Shown here: one piece after another, positions 49,710-61,346 of the stretch | Layout: each line of letters starts with the position of its first letter | Numbering within the stretch: position 1 is the first letter of the stretch | Assembly (NCBI RefSeq): GCF_035084215.1 | Contig: NC_090332.1 | Span: forward strand, 13,516,001-13,580,000 | Origin: Heptranchias perlo | Taxonomy: Eukaryota | DNA: 64,000 nucleotides | Reading direction: 5' to 3' | Notes under the pieces: generated by a model | Told to the model about the DNA's origin: nothing | Database searches by the model: none | What the model saw: the letters and a program-made list of their open reading frames with translations, nothing else | Translations under genes and position numbers: made by a program

Positions 49710-49825
49710 ATAGAATCATAGAAGTTACATGGAAACAGGCCCTTCGGCCCAACATGTCCATGTCGCCCAGTTTATACCACTAAGCTAGTCCCAATTTCCT
49801 GCACTTGGCCCATATCCCTCTATAC
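49710..49825 (-). mobile_element. Young CR1 3' tail (116 bp), same subfamily as 41708-43220
   Basis: Reverse complement matches 43101-43220 with 5 substitutions and a 4-nt gap. Confidence 0.9.
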
Positions 49826-50009
49826 TATACTCTATATAAAACGTGGAAATGAAGCATTCTGCATGACATGCAACATTCAGCAAATTACAATTCACATATT
49901 ATTAACAGTCTACATTTCTGTTCAAGACTGCACTGTGACACAGTCATCGCAGGCAAATAGCATGTCAGCATTATATGAGACATAATGCAGAGGACAGCAA
50001 CAAAAAGAA

Positions 50010-50640
50010 CCCCTTCTGTAATGGAGTATCTAATGGTGCCTTATACAACTTGATTGCCTCTTCACTCACATACTCTAAACTCCTATGCTTTTGGCCTTTT
50101 TTATATAACTTCATTGACCCACACTCACATTGTCACTGAATTATGTATTTAAACCCCTAAGTGTCTCTGGTCATCTACGCCATTCAACATCTTTGCATTA
50201 AGTGCATACTCCCATTTCTCATCCAAAAAATCCACCTCACTTCTCCACCTGAAATTGAATCTGCTATATATGTCTGCCCGTTCCACTAACAAATTACGTC
50301 TTACCTGATGTTTTGTACAGTCCTCCTTGCTGTTTACCAAACCCTCTACTTTTTTTGTCATCAAATTTTGACATTGTTCGCCCTATACGCAAGTACAAGT
50401 TATCTACCCATAAACGACAAGAACCAAGTGGGCCGAGCACTGTCCGCTGACATACACCACTAGCTACTATTCTCCAATTCAAGCAACACCTAGTAACACT
50501 AATCCTTTGTTTCTTGTCCAACGAATTTCTATCCATGCTGCTACATTTCCTCACCCCAATTTTTGTAACAAGCCTCCTACAAGACATTGAATGCCTTGTG
50601 AAAATCCATGTATGCATCTCCTCAGTGATTCATTGGTGCA
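50010..50640 (-). mobile_element. CR1 LINE RT remnant (old)
   Basis: KKQRISVTRCCLNWRIVASGVCQRTVLGPL, a decayed SGVPQGSVLGPL. Confidence 0.7.
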
Positions 50641-50772
50641 ACAAATTATATCTTTTAAAAAAGTTAATTGGAACTGTTATGCAATTGATGTTTAACTAAT
50701 TTTTGAAGCCTACATGTTTAAATATGCACAGCAATTTCTAAAAATAAATTAGTGTGATATCCCCAAACGTAC

Positions 50773-51090
50773 CGTTTTGGACTTGTTGGCATTTTTTGAA
50801 TGAATGGCCACAGTGACTGGATGAGGATCAATAACTGAGCCAGGGAAGAGCTGTGCTAACTCTGCACTGATTGCTGCAGAGACTGCCTCATTGGGCGGCG
50901 TTAATGGCGGAGTCATGAACAGTGGCGTTGTTTTTGGAGTGGGAGGAATGACATCGGCAGGATGTATGAAAAAGCCAGGTGCTGTGGAGGCACTAGGAGG
51001 CACCGAGTTGTGAATAGGTCCGACTCCAGGTGCTGCCGCTGCTACTGCCGCTGCCGTAGTCTGATGCAACTTGGCTTCCAGCTTGGCTTT
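50773..51090 (-). CDS. BIRC6: BIRC6 coding exon 10
   Basis: cag|AAA...ACG|gtacgt; KAKLEAKLHQTTAAAVAAAAPGVGP...PPTPKTTPLFMTPPLTPPNEAVS...KSKT; 318 nt. Confidence 0.95.
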
Positions 51091-51450
51091 CTGTTATATT
51101 TAAAAAAAGAGTAGTCCATTAAACTACCTTATTACAGCTCGTGAGGTTTCCAATTATAACTTAGAACAAACACAGAAAAATGTGATTTGGTTTTAGGATC
51201 TGAGATTGTGTGAAGCAACTATCCCTGATATTATCTATCCTAAAACTAGGTTTTTCCACGGTCAACACAGTAATACCAAACTACTCACATTTCGTTTGTG
51301 CATCAAAATGCTGCTAGGTTTATCACTAAATATATTAAGTGTAAAGGTAACATGTTTAAATAAATTAGGAGGATGGGGTAAAGTCAGGGCCACCAAATCT
51401 TAATCATGGTTTCCTCAATTAACAAATAGTATTAAAGCCTCACTGCCCAC

Positions 51451-51638
51451 CTGCTGCTGAAGTTTTAGCAACTGCTGTTGTTTCTCCTGCAAAACCTGTA
51501 GCTGTTGCTCGGCTGAAGCCATAGCATGCGAAAGGGACTGTAGGGCTACTTGAGCTGCTGAACTCAGTGCTGTTGAGGCTTCTCCTACTGTACCAGTTGT
51601 AAGCCCACCCACTGCTGTTGTAAGCCCAAAGCCAGTCA
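51451..51638 (-). CDS. BIRC6: BIRC6 coding exon 9
   Basis: tag|TG ACT...CAG|gtgggc; TGFGLTTAVGGLTTGTVGEASTALSSAAQVALQSLSHAMASAEQQLQVLQEKQQQLLKLQQQ; 188 nt. Confidence 0.94.
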
Positions 51639-52077
51639 CTAGATAGGAGGAAAGCAGAAACGGTCACATTACAAGTTAAGATACAATAACGATTCAGACT
51701 TTGATCTGAAAGATATATTTTACATTTTAAAAAGTGCTAAGCATTCCTAATGCTTCAACCTCCAGCTTAACTTATCTTCCGACAGCAATTGTGGATTACT
51801 GTGCATACTCTCTGTCATTGAATACAAAGCAATCCAATTATGTCAGCTTCATGGGCATTTAACCCCATAGAAAACAAACATTTACATGTGCATGCATTTT
51901 GGGACATTTAGTGGCACATGGGAAGGCAGTGCAGGGTTGCCAACATTATATTTGTTTTGGCCTTCCCAGTTAGGCAGGATGGTGAGGTTGATCCATGAGA
52001 AGTGGGCACACAGAAAGGGGTCCAGGTTCTATAGAAATGACCATTATCTATCCATCATTTAGTACTTCTCAACTTAC

Positions 52078-52212
52078 TTGCATCATCTCTCTCCACTCTT
52101 GTGCCATCACTTGTTGAAATGCAGCTGAAGTGCAGAGGTTCCACTTCCAGGAGTCCAGTCAGAGCTGTGAAACTGCCCTCTGCTGCTGCGCAACTGCTCA
52201 TTTTCCCATTCC
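52078..52212 (-). CDS. BIRC6: BIRC6 coding exon 8
   Basis: cag|GG AAT...A|gtaagt; NGKMSSCAAAEGSFTALTGLLEVEPLHFSCISTSDGTRVERDDA; 135 nt. Confidence 0.94.
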
Positions 52213-52286
52213 CTGCAGAGGGATACGTATTTACAGTTAAGTTAAGCCCCTTACATTTAGTGTACATCTAGCAAGCATGGACGATT

Positions 52287-52313
52287 GGGGGGTGGGGGGG
52301 GGGGGGGGGGGGG
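52287..52313 (+). repeat. Poly-G tract
   Basis: ggggggtgggggggggggggggggggg. Confidence 0.8.
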
Positions 52314-52869
52314 AGGAAGGGAAAAAGAGGAGACAAGAAATGGGGGTGGGGGAAAACACCAGAAAGAAACACATTCAAAATTAGATCGAAATATCTGATT
52401 TGACTGGAAAAGTTAATGTTGTAAAACGACAGCTGTATCTTTGAAGAAGAAAAATATTTGCCATAGTCTTTAGCCAAAGACTTGTACATGATGTGGTCGA
52501 AAGTACTGGAGTCTTTTACTCCCATAAAAAGGTTAAAATTCTAAAGGGTAGTGTATTTGAAAGGGATACCTCAGTCAGTACAAAGCTACCTGAATATGAT
52601 TGTTTTAACAGTGCTAAACAGTCAGCAAACAGTCAAAGAATTATAGGCAGAGCCTATGAACAGGGACAGATAGTTTAATCTGAACATTTAAAATGCCACA
52701 ATTTATATTTTCCGTCCACAAAATTATCCCATTACGTGGCATGTTACTATGGACATACAATGCGAGTACAACTTAGGCAGAGTGATTGGAGGCATGCATA
52801 AAGAGCAACTAAGAACAGCATGAAAGGTGGATGCTCATGCCTCTTTATATTACAGAACTGCTTCAAGTT

Positions 52870-54628
52870 ACATTGAAACTGGAACACAGAAGAGTCCATT
52901 TGGCCCAACTGATCTATGCCGGCATTTATGCTCCACACGAGCCTCCTCCTCCCTACTTCATCTAACCCGACCAGCATATCCTTCCATCCCTTTCTCCCTC
53001 ATGTGCTTATCTAGGTTCCCCTTAAATGCATCTATGCTATTCGCCTCAACCACTCCATGTGGTCATGCGTTCCACATTCTTACCACTCTTTTTCCCCTAT
53101 TGGAATTTATTAGCTATTATTTTATATTTAGGACCTCTAGTTTTGGACTCCCCCACAAGTGGAAACATTTTCTCTACGTTTACCCTATCAAACCCTTTCA
53201 TTATCTTAAAGACCTCTATCAGGTCATCCCTCAGCCTTCTCTTTTCTACAGAAAAGAACTCCAGCCTTTCCTGATAAGGATAACACCAAAACTGGGAGGA
53301 TATACCTCAATCTTTTTTTCCCTCCCTCTCCAATGCCTCTACATCCATTCTATAATATGGAGACCAGAACTGTGCACAATAGTCCAAGTGTGGTCTAACC
53401 AAGGTTCTATGCAAGTTTAACATAACATCTCTGCTTTTCAATTCTATCCCTCTAATGAACCTCAGTGCTTGATTTGCCTTTATGGCCTTATTGACCTGCA
53501 TTGCTACTTTTAGTGATTTGTATATCTGTACGAAGAATCCTTTGCTCTTCTATCCCATTTAGATTATCCAAGCAGTATGTGCCCTACTTATTCTTCCTAC
53601 CAAAATGCACCTCACATTTATCTATATTGAAATTAATTTGCCAATTCCATGCCCATTCTGCAAATTTATTAATGTCCTCTTGCATTTTGATGCATTCTTC
53701 CTTCATATTAACTGCTCAACCCAATTTGGTGTCATCCACAAATTTTGAAATTGTACTTCTGATTCGAGTCCAAATCGTAAATGTAAATTGTGAGCAATAG
53801 TGGTCCCTGCACCGATCCCAGTGGAACGCCAGTCTGAGTAGCTACCCTTAACCACTACTCTCTCTTCTGTTTTGCAGCCAACTTGCTATCCAGTCTGCTA
53901 CCTGACTCCTGACTCCACATGCTCTGATCTTAGTCATGAGTCTACAATGCAGTATCTTATCGAGGGCCTTTTGAAAATCCAAATATATCACAGCCACTGC
54001 ATTACCCTTGTCTACTCTTCCCATTACTTCTTCAAAGAGTTCAATAAGGTTGGTCAAGCATGACTTCCCCTTCTGTAATCCGTGCTAACTATTCTCCAGT
54101 ACATTTTCGGCCTCCAGATGTTTTTCCATTACATTTTTGAGTAATGATTCCATTATGTTTCCTACCACCAACATTAAGCTAACTGGTCTATAGTTCCCTG
54201 GACTTGTTATTCCTATATTTAAGAGAGCAAGAACATTAGAAAGGGGACTGGCAGACAGCTAATGAATTTTTATGTATACGTAATAATGCTTCTGCTATCT
54301 CCTCCCTAACTTCTTTTAATATTCGCAGATGCAATCCATGCGGACCAAGAGCTTTTTCCTCCTTAAGTTGGTTAGTTTATTATCTCCCTCCTTTTTATAT
54401 TTAATGTCATGCCCACCTTGTTTGTCTCCCTGGTAAATACTGAGGCAAAGTAACTATTCAATGTGTCTGCCATTTTGCTGTCATTACGAGTTTATTTTGT
54501 GCATCCCTTAGTGGCCCTATCCCTATTCTCATTTTTCTTTTGTTATTTATATGTCTGTAGCATACTTTACTATTTATTTTTATATTCCTTGATAATTTAA
54601 TTTTGTTGTTCCTCATCGCTTTCCTAAT
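52870..54628 (-). mobile_element. CR1 LINE fragment (RT domain, decayed)
   Basis: TNLIELFEEVMGRVDKGNAVAVIYLDFQKALDKILH; LHRTLVRPHLDYCAQFWSPYY. Confidence 0.88.
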
Positions 54629-54630
54629 TC

Positions 54631-56640
54631 ATAGAATCACGGAAGTTTACGGCCCATTGTATCTGTGCCGGCCGAAAATGAGTCACCCAGCCTAATCCCA
54701 CTTCCCAGCACTTGGTCCATAGCCTTGTAGGTTATGACACTTCAAATGCATATCCAAGTACTTTTTAAACGTGATGAGGGTTTCTGCCTCTACCTCCCTT
54801 TCAGGCAGTGAGTTCCAGACCCGCACCACCGTCTGGGTGAAATAAATTTTCCTCAACTACCCTCTAATCCTTCTACCAATCACTTTAAATCTATGCCCCC
54901 TGATTATTGACCTCTCTCCTAAGGGAAATAGGTCCTTCCTATCCACTCTATCTGGACAAAAGAGCTGAATTGCAGAGGTGTGGTGAGAGTGACTGCCCTT
55001 GCTATCAAGGCAGTATTTGACTGAGTGGGGCACCAAGGAGCCCTAGTAAAATTGAAGTCAATGGGAATCAGGGGGAAACTCTCCAATGGCTGGAGTCATA
55101 CCTAGCACAAAGGAAGATGGCAATGGTTGTTAGAAGCCAATCATCTCAGCCCCAGGACATTGCTGCAGGAGTTCCTCAGGGCAGTGTCCTAGACCCAACC
55201 ATCTTCAGCTCCTTCATCAATAACCTTACCTCCATCATAAGGTCAGAAATGGGGACGTTCGCCGTGCAATCATCAGTGTTCAGTTCCATTCCCAACCCCT
55301 CACATAATGAAGCAGTCCGTGCCCACATGCAGCAAGACCTGGACAACATGCAGGCTTGGGCCGATAAGTGGCAAGTAACATTCGCACCAGACAAGTGCCA
55401 GGAAATGACCATCTCCAACAAGAGAGTGTCTAAACACCTCCCCTTGACATTCAACAGCATTACCATCACCGAATCCCCTACCATCAACATCCTGGGCGTC
55501 ACCATTGACCAGAAACTTAACTGGACCAGCCATATAAATACTGTGGCTACAACAGCAGGTCAGAGGCTGGGTATTCTGTGGTGAGTGACTCACCTCCTGA
55601 CTCCCCAAAGCCTTTCCACCATCTACAAGGCACAAGTCAGGAGCGTGATGGAATACTCTCCACTTGCCTGGATGAGTGCAGCTCCAACAACACTCAAAAA
55701 GCTCGACACCATCCAGGACAACGCAGCCCGCTTGATTGGCACCCCATCCACCACTCGAAACATTCATTCCCATCACCACCAGCGCACTGTGGCTGCAGTG
55801 TGTACCATCCACAGGACGCACTGCAGCAACTCGCCAAGGCTTCTTCGACAGCACCTCCCAAACCCACGACCTCTACCACCTAGAAGGACAAGGGCAGCAG
55901 GCACATGGGAACAACACCACCTGCATGTTCCCCTCCAAGTCACACACCATCCCGACTTGGAAATATATCGTCGTTCCTTCATCGTCGCTGGGTCAAAATC
56001 CTGGAACTCCCTTCCTAACAGCACTGTGGGAGAACCTTCACCATACGGACTGCAGCGGTTCAAGGTGGCGGCTCACCACCACCTTCTCAAGGGCAATGAG
56101 GGATGGGCAATAAATACCAGCCTCGCCAGCGACACCCAGATCCCATGAACGAATTAAAAAAAACACTATCTAGGCCCTTCATAATTTTGTACACCTCAAT
56201 TAAATCTCCCCTCAGCCTCCTCTGTTCCAAAGAAAACAACCCCAGCCTATCCAATCTTTCCTCTCAGCTAAAATTCTCCAGTCCTGGCAACATCCTCGTA
56301 AATGTCCTCTGTACCCTTTCTAGTGTAATCACATCCTTCCCAGTGACCAGAACAGTACGCAGTACTCTAACTGAAACCTAACTAGTGTTTTATACAGCTC
56401 TAGGATAACCTCCCTGTTCTTGTATTCTATGCCTTGGCTAATAAAGTATCCCATATGCCTTTTTAACCACCTTATCTACCTGTCCTGCTACCTTCAAGGA
56501 TTTGTGGACATGCACTCCAAGGTCCTTCACTTCCACTACACCGCTCAGTATCCACCCAATTATTGTGTATTCCCTTGCCCTGTTTGCCCTCCCCAAATGC
56601 ATTACCTCACACTTCTCCGGTTTAAATTCCATTTGCCATT
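54631..56640 (-). mobile_element. CR1 LINE 3' fragment split by a nested insertion (54631-54953 and 56164-56640)
   Basis: Tail catagaatca at 54630; sequence resumes after the insert (ctatctaggcccttcataatt); KWQMEFKPEKCEVMHLGRAN. Confidence 0.85.
54954..56163 (+). mobile_element. 5'-truncated non-LTR retrotransposon of a second lineage (CR1/L2 superclade RT), nested in CR1
   Basis: GVPQGSVLDPTIFSSFINNL, WADKWQVTFAPDKCQ, IYKAQVRSVMEYSPLAWMSAAPTTLKKLDTIQDNAARLI; A-rich tail; TSD ctatct. Confidence 0.85.
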
Positions 56641-56648
56641 TGAGGAAG

Positions 56649-56679
56649 GTGGGGGGGGGGGGGGGGGGGGGGGGGGCGG
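56649..56679 (+). repeat. Poly-G tract
   Basis: ~26 consecutive G. Confidence 0.8.
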
Positions 56680-57559
56680 AAAAAGAAAGGTCCACATAGT
56701 CCAGTAATTAATAAAATGCATTACTGACCCCTAAAAGTAGACAGACCTGTGTCATGTATAAATTGGCGTACATGCCACTGATGCTTCTGGAGCAGCAGTT
56801 GAACACCTACTCTTATAGTATGAAAAAGCTTCCTTTGAAGCTGCAGTGCCACCTCATTTACCTCACAGTGCTGCAAACAGAATCAGGTAAGCAGCAATGG
56901 TGTGATAAGAAGGTTGGATCACAACACAACGGAGCTCAAAATTAAGGTAACTAAGTCAGCAACCTGTATCATTAACTAACAAAGTAAATCTGCATGGCTT
57001 TTAAAAAAAAAAATCTATTAACATAAAAACTTGTTTTACTTCATTCACATATGCAAACATTGTTCAGAACTGGTTTGTAAAACATCTGTACAAGAAGCTT
57101 CTTATTTATGCTGATCCTGTTCATGGACCACACATATTGGCACTAAACACATCCAATGCTTCACTGGATAGAGACAGCACAATCCCATTCTTTCCAGTCC
57201 TCTGCATAATGTATTGAATCTCAATCTAATAAACCAGTGTTAATTGGCTCCAGAAATGGAAACAGAATGCAAAATAGGCTATGAAAACAGTGTGGTGCAC
57301 TGGAGCTTTCCTGTACACCAATACTTCACTCCAAATGCATTTTATACTACCAGCCAACAGAGGTCGTTGTGCTGAACTCCTTCCTTGAACAATGTATTTT
57401 GAACAAGCTATCAAATTCAAAAGGACTTCAGCATTGTCCATATTATAACCCTATGACATTTGTGGAATTGGCTAATCAGCACAGTGCAGGAAGAACATTT
57501 CCACTAGAATCAAAGTAGCATTTATTGGCTTCAGCCACTGGTATTATGTGCACTCTTAC

Positions 57560-57693
57560 CTGATAATACATCAGAAAGATCTATTTCATCAGATTGTACA
57601 CCCATGCTGCTATTATAGGCATTTTTGCAGGATGAACCACCCATTTCTAAATCGAACAGAACTGGATCAAAGGGTGAACTGTACAAACCGTAC
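57560..57693 (-). CDS. BIRC6: BIRC6 coding exon 7
   Basis: cag|G TAC...G|gtaaga; YGLYSSPFDPVLFDLEMGGSSCKNAYNSSMGVQSDEIDLSDVLS; 134 nt; missed by the ORF track. Confidence 0.94.
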
Positions 57694-57994
57694 CTGAAAT
57701 TTCAAAACAGTTTGAGTACCAAATATAACCAACCGGGAAGAAAAATGAAACTGGAAACACTTACTGAAATCAGTGACTAAAAAAAATGTTACAGCACTTT
57801 CATATCCACTTAATTAAGCTAGTATCCAAATACCAGTACATTAAAATTATGTTCAATATTTTAAAATCAGTGAAACAATGCATTTCATCTTTCACTAACA
57901 TTACATTAATGAATACTAAGTGCTAAACCAGTTCTTTGGCTTTGTAAATATAAAAATATGAAAACATTTTTTCTCTTCAAAAACCTCTGTGAAT

Positions 57995-58320
57995 ATTGCT
58001 CTGTTCTAAGTTAGCCGATCTTAGGCAGAGCAATGGTAAAGCACTAGAACTGCCTTCAAAATCACCAGGCTAAAAGATGGAGGGGAATTTTAAACCATCC
58101 AGGGTTCCCATTCCTGATCCCAATCCAGTGGTCCATGCTGCTAAGTGTAGAAATAAAGCAGTCATACAAGTAGAGGATTCATCTCCCATGTGACATGCTG
58201 ATTAAAGTTTGGGGACCCTTACTGCCTGGGGCCATGTGTGAAGAGCGCTACTGAATGTCATTGGATCTACCTCCCAGAATGAATCACTGCAAGTAGAAGA
58301 TGATGGAAGTGGAGAAAACT
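57995..58320 (+). mobile_element. tRNA-derived SINE (family 'B'), degenerate
   Basis: ctctgttctaagttagccgatcttagg..ccagggttcccattcctgatc..atccagtggtccatgctg. Confidence 0.5.
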
Positions 58321-59811
58321 GGCTGGACAAGTCTCCCAACAATATAGCATTTTTCCAAACAGATTAATACAGCAAAATATTTGGTTCAACATTCTCAATA
58401 GCAATATTCAGAACTGCTTAAAGAGCACAATGTGGTGCTTTAGCAGACCAAGTTGGTGCTCCAGCCTGGTGTCCCAGAATGGTAGGTGCTGCAGAATCAT
58501 GCCATGTTTCGCCACATGACAAACAAAGGCCAGGCACCACAGAGACAGATACACACACAGGGTGAGTGCGCAGCTTGCCAACACACCGGGAAGGAAAAGT
58601 ATGAGAGTTAAATAGCTAGTACTGTCTACGAGTGGCCTACCTGCTATATCTGAATGTCCATTAAACCTGGTCAATAATAAATGAGAATGAATGCGTATAG
58701 TCAAGGACCAGTAAGCTATAGGAAACTTGGCAAGTCATTTTGTTATGCCAATACTCGTGATATCTTAATTCATCCCTCAAATTGCTCCCACCACTGCCCT
58801 GTAACCACCAGTACTTCAGCCTACTAGTATGCAGTTCAAAATGCATTTTGGTTTGGAAAGGCAAAATCTAGAGTTGTACAGTTAGACCCATTTTTCTCAG
58901 CATTCAAGTGAGCACGGTAAAAAAAATTCACATACCCACCATTACACTTTAGTATGACAATATTGCATCCTACATTGTTCATTAGCATTGGGTTCCCCTC
59001 CCAATTAGTGCAGGTAAAAGGTTATAATACTGTAAATCAAATCAATAAAACTGATTTTTAAAAAAAAATTCTGTAGTCACAATCATCTTACCTGGAGCTG
59101 AACTAAACATTATACAAAGTGGATTACAGATATCAATTTGAAGTTAGTATAAACAGTTCGACAGAGCAGTGATATTTTAGTTTTACAGTCGCACAGGTAA
59201 TCTACAATTAGTAAAAAACGTAGCCTTGTATTCAGGAAATTGAAATATTTAGCATTTATATATTGGGTAGACGTAAGTGGATAATAAGTAGGGGGCAACT
59301 GTTATTCTACTAAACTAAGTAAAGGAACTTATGATAAAATAAGAGTACTGAAAGAAAAACAAAATGGTCACAGGACCAACAGCATTTTATAGGAAGTTAA
59401 GCTTCACTTAAACACACATCCTAAATATATTTTAAAAAGATATCAGAAAAGCTCAAAAATTCCACTTTGACAGTCACTTTCAGTTCATCCCTCAATTTCC
59501 AGTCCTTCAATTTGTTTCTTTGCTTTCTTTGTAGTTTGTTGCAGCTCATTCCCACTCAACTTAACTCATCTATCAAAAGATGCGTTTTCTCCCCCCACTT
59601 TTCAGGATTCATTTCTTCTACTTAAAATTTAAGTTTATGTTAAGTGGAAAGATGAATGAGTGTGTTTGGAAACTGTCTTGTGTAGGTAAACTTCAAATAT
59701 TTTCCCCAGCAGTAGTGATTCACTTATTACAGACAGTGATTGACCATTTCATGTAAACTTATCTCGGTTTACAAGTCCATTTGTTGTTGCTGCTATATTC
59801 TTTTTACTAAC

Positions 59812-59959
59812 CGGGTCTGAAGTAAAGCCTCAAGAGGTGTGAGCCGGTCCTGCAGCTGTTTGGAAACAGCAGTGAGAAGAGATGCACAAACTGTACTGCA
59901 TCCAGCCAGATCTTCATCCTTAACATAGTTGAGCAGCACAAAGTACCAGAACACAGAAC
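59812..59959 (-). CDS. BIRC6: BIRC6 coding exon 6
   Basis: cag|GT TCT...CG|gttagt; SVFWYFVLLNYVKDEDLAGCSTVCASLLTAVSKQLQDRLTPLEALLQT; 148 nt. Confidence 0.94.
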
Positions 59960-60063
59960 CTGTCCCCAACAAAAAGAAACAAAAATTATTTCTAAAGCTA
60001 GAATACTTTTTTTTTTCAGTGAATTTGAGGCTTTCATTTAAAAAACCACCACACACAATCACA

Positions 60064-60170
60064 TGAACAGGAGTAGGCCATTCAGCCCCTCGAGCCTATT
60101 CCACCATTCAATTAGATCACGGCTGATCTGTATCTTAACTCCATCCACTTGCCTTGGTTCCATAATCTCC
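60064..60170 (-). mobile_element. CR1 LINE 3' tail
   Basis: gaacaggagtaggccattcagcccctcgagcc..ccaccattcaattagatcacggctgatc. Confidence 0.8.
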
Positions 60171-61248
60171 CAATGTAAAAACTGATGTGTAGATGTACTC
60201 AATTCAGGCTATGGCCATGTCATACCCACTGAGCCCTGGTGCCTTTAAATCTGCACTCAACAATCCAATTAGCAGACTGAGAGGAGCTCCTCAAGTTACA
60301 CTGCAGATTCTCAGGAGGTTATCAATTTAACACTTTGCATAAATGTACTCAAAACAGCCCACCAGATGCTATGAACCAAGATATCCCTACTAATATTAAA
60401 AAATAGAAAATAGCCCATATTTCAATGTAAATGCTAAAATACTGGAAAAAATCTTCCGACATGTAGGAAAAAAATCACAGTCAGCAGTATTACTATGGGG
60501 AAGAGGTGAATCAATACTACTCAATGAGATGGTTAAACCTATATATCCATTAGTCACCTCAAAGGATTAAATGATTACTACTCTGCGTATCACAAGTTAC
60601 TTTCTTTACCTTCTTTAGGTCACTAAGCACCAATTGCCAGTCCAGAGGGCACAGGCAGTTGAACTCTTCCCAGGCCTTCCCCAATGTCATGAACATCTGC
60701 CCCTCACACAAACTTCTCCTTAGATACTTGATTCTTCCTATCCTCTCCCACCCAGAGAAAATAGCATCCTATACAGAAAACTGAGTAATGGTCACGAAAG
60801 TAATTTTACAGCATGGGTATGCCCTGGCTCCCACAGTGAATATTCTCCATGTACAGAGAGCACGGTAGCAAGAAAGTCCAAACAAAGCAGAACAGGTGTT
60901 TGCAGCTTTGGGTTTTATTGCTCCTAAGTACCACACAAATCATATTTAAGATTTTTCCAATAAGAGCTCAAGATCTGTATAAATGGGGGGGGGGGCAAAG
61001 GAGAAGAACTTTGACAGCACCCCTCAAGCTTGTTAAGACTCCTCCAGCAGCAAGAGACCAGTAGAGATAAACTTAGTAGAGAGAGAGGATAAGAGTTACT
61101 TTATATCAAATGAACAAGCAGAACAGGAAATGAAAATAAATGGAATTGTAAAATCAAGCTATTCAGTGCAAAAGGCAGGCTATTTTACAATACTTTTCAC
61201 GTAGAACTGCCTTTATACAGTGAGGAATAGAAACAGTGTTTAACCTAC

Positions 61249-61346
61249 CACCAGTTGCTGCTGCAGGCAAGTACGGCAAATTATCAAGTAAAGCTTTCAA
61301 TAGAGCGCCTCCAAATCCCAGTTGGCTTGGATCTGCTTTCCCATTA
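61249..61346 (-). CDS. BIRC6: BIRC6 coding exon 5
   Basis: cag|T AAT...G|gtaggt; NGKADPSQLGFGGALLKALLDNLPYLPAAATG; 98 nt. Confidence 0.93.

Noticed and set aside
52066-52078. Possible alternative donor 12 nt downstream of exon 8 (would add about 4 aa, as I recall in some vertebrate isoforms)
   Set aside because: The downstream site A|gtacta is weak compared with A|gtaagt, and the encoded residues (SKLR) do not resemble the recalled insert.
52827-53420. 197-aa plus-strand ORF
   Set aside because: Antisense reading of a decayed CR1 3' region.
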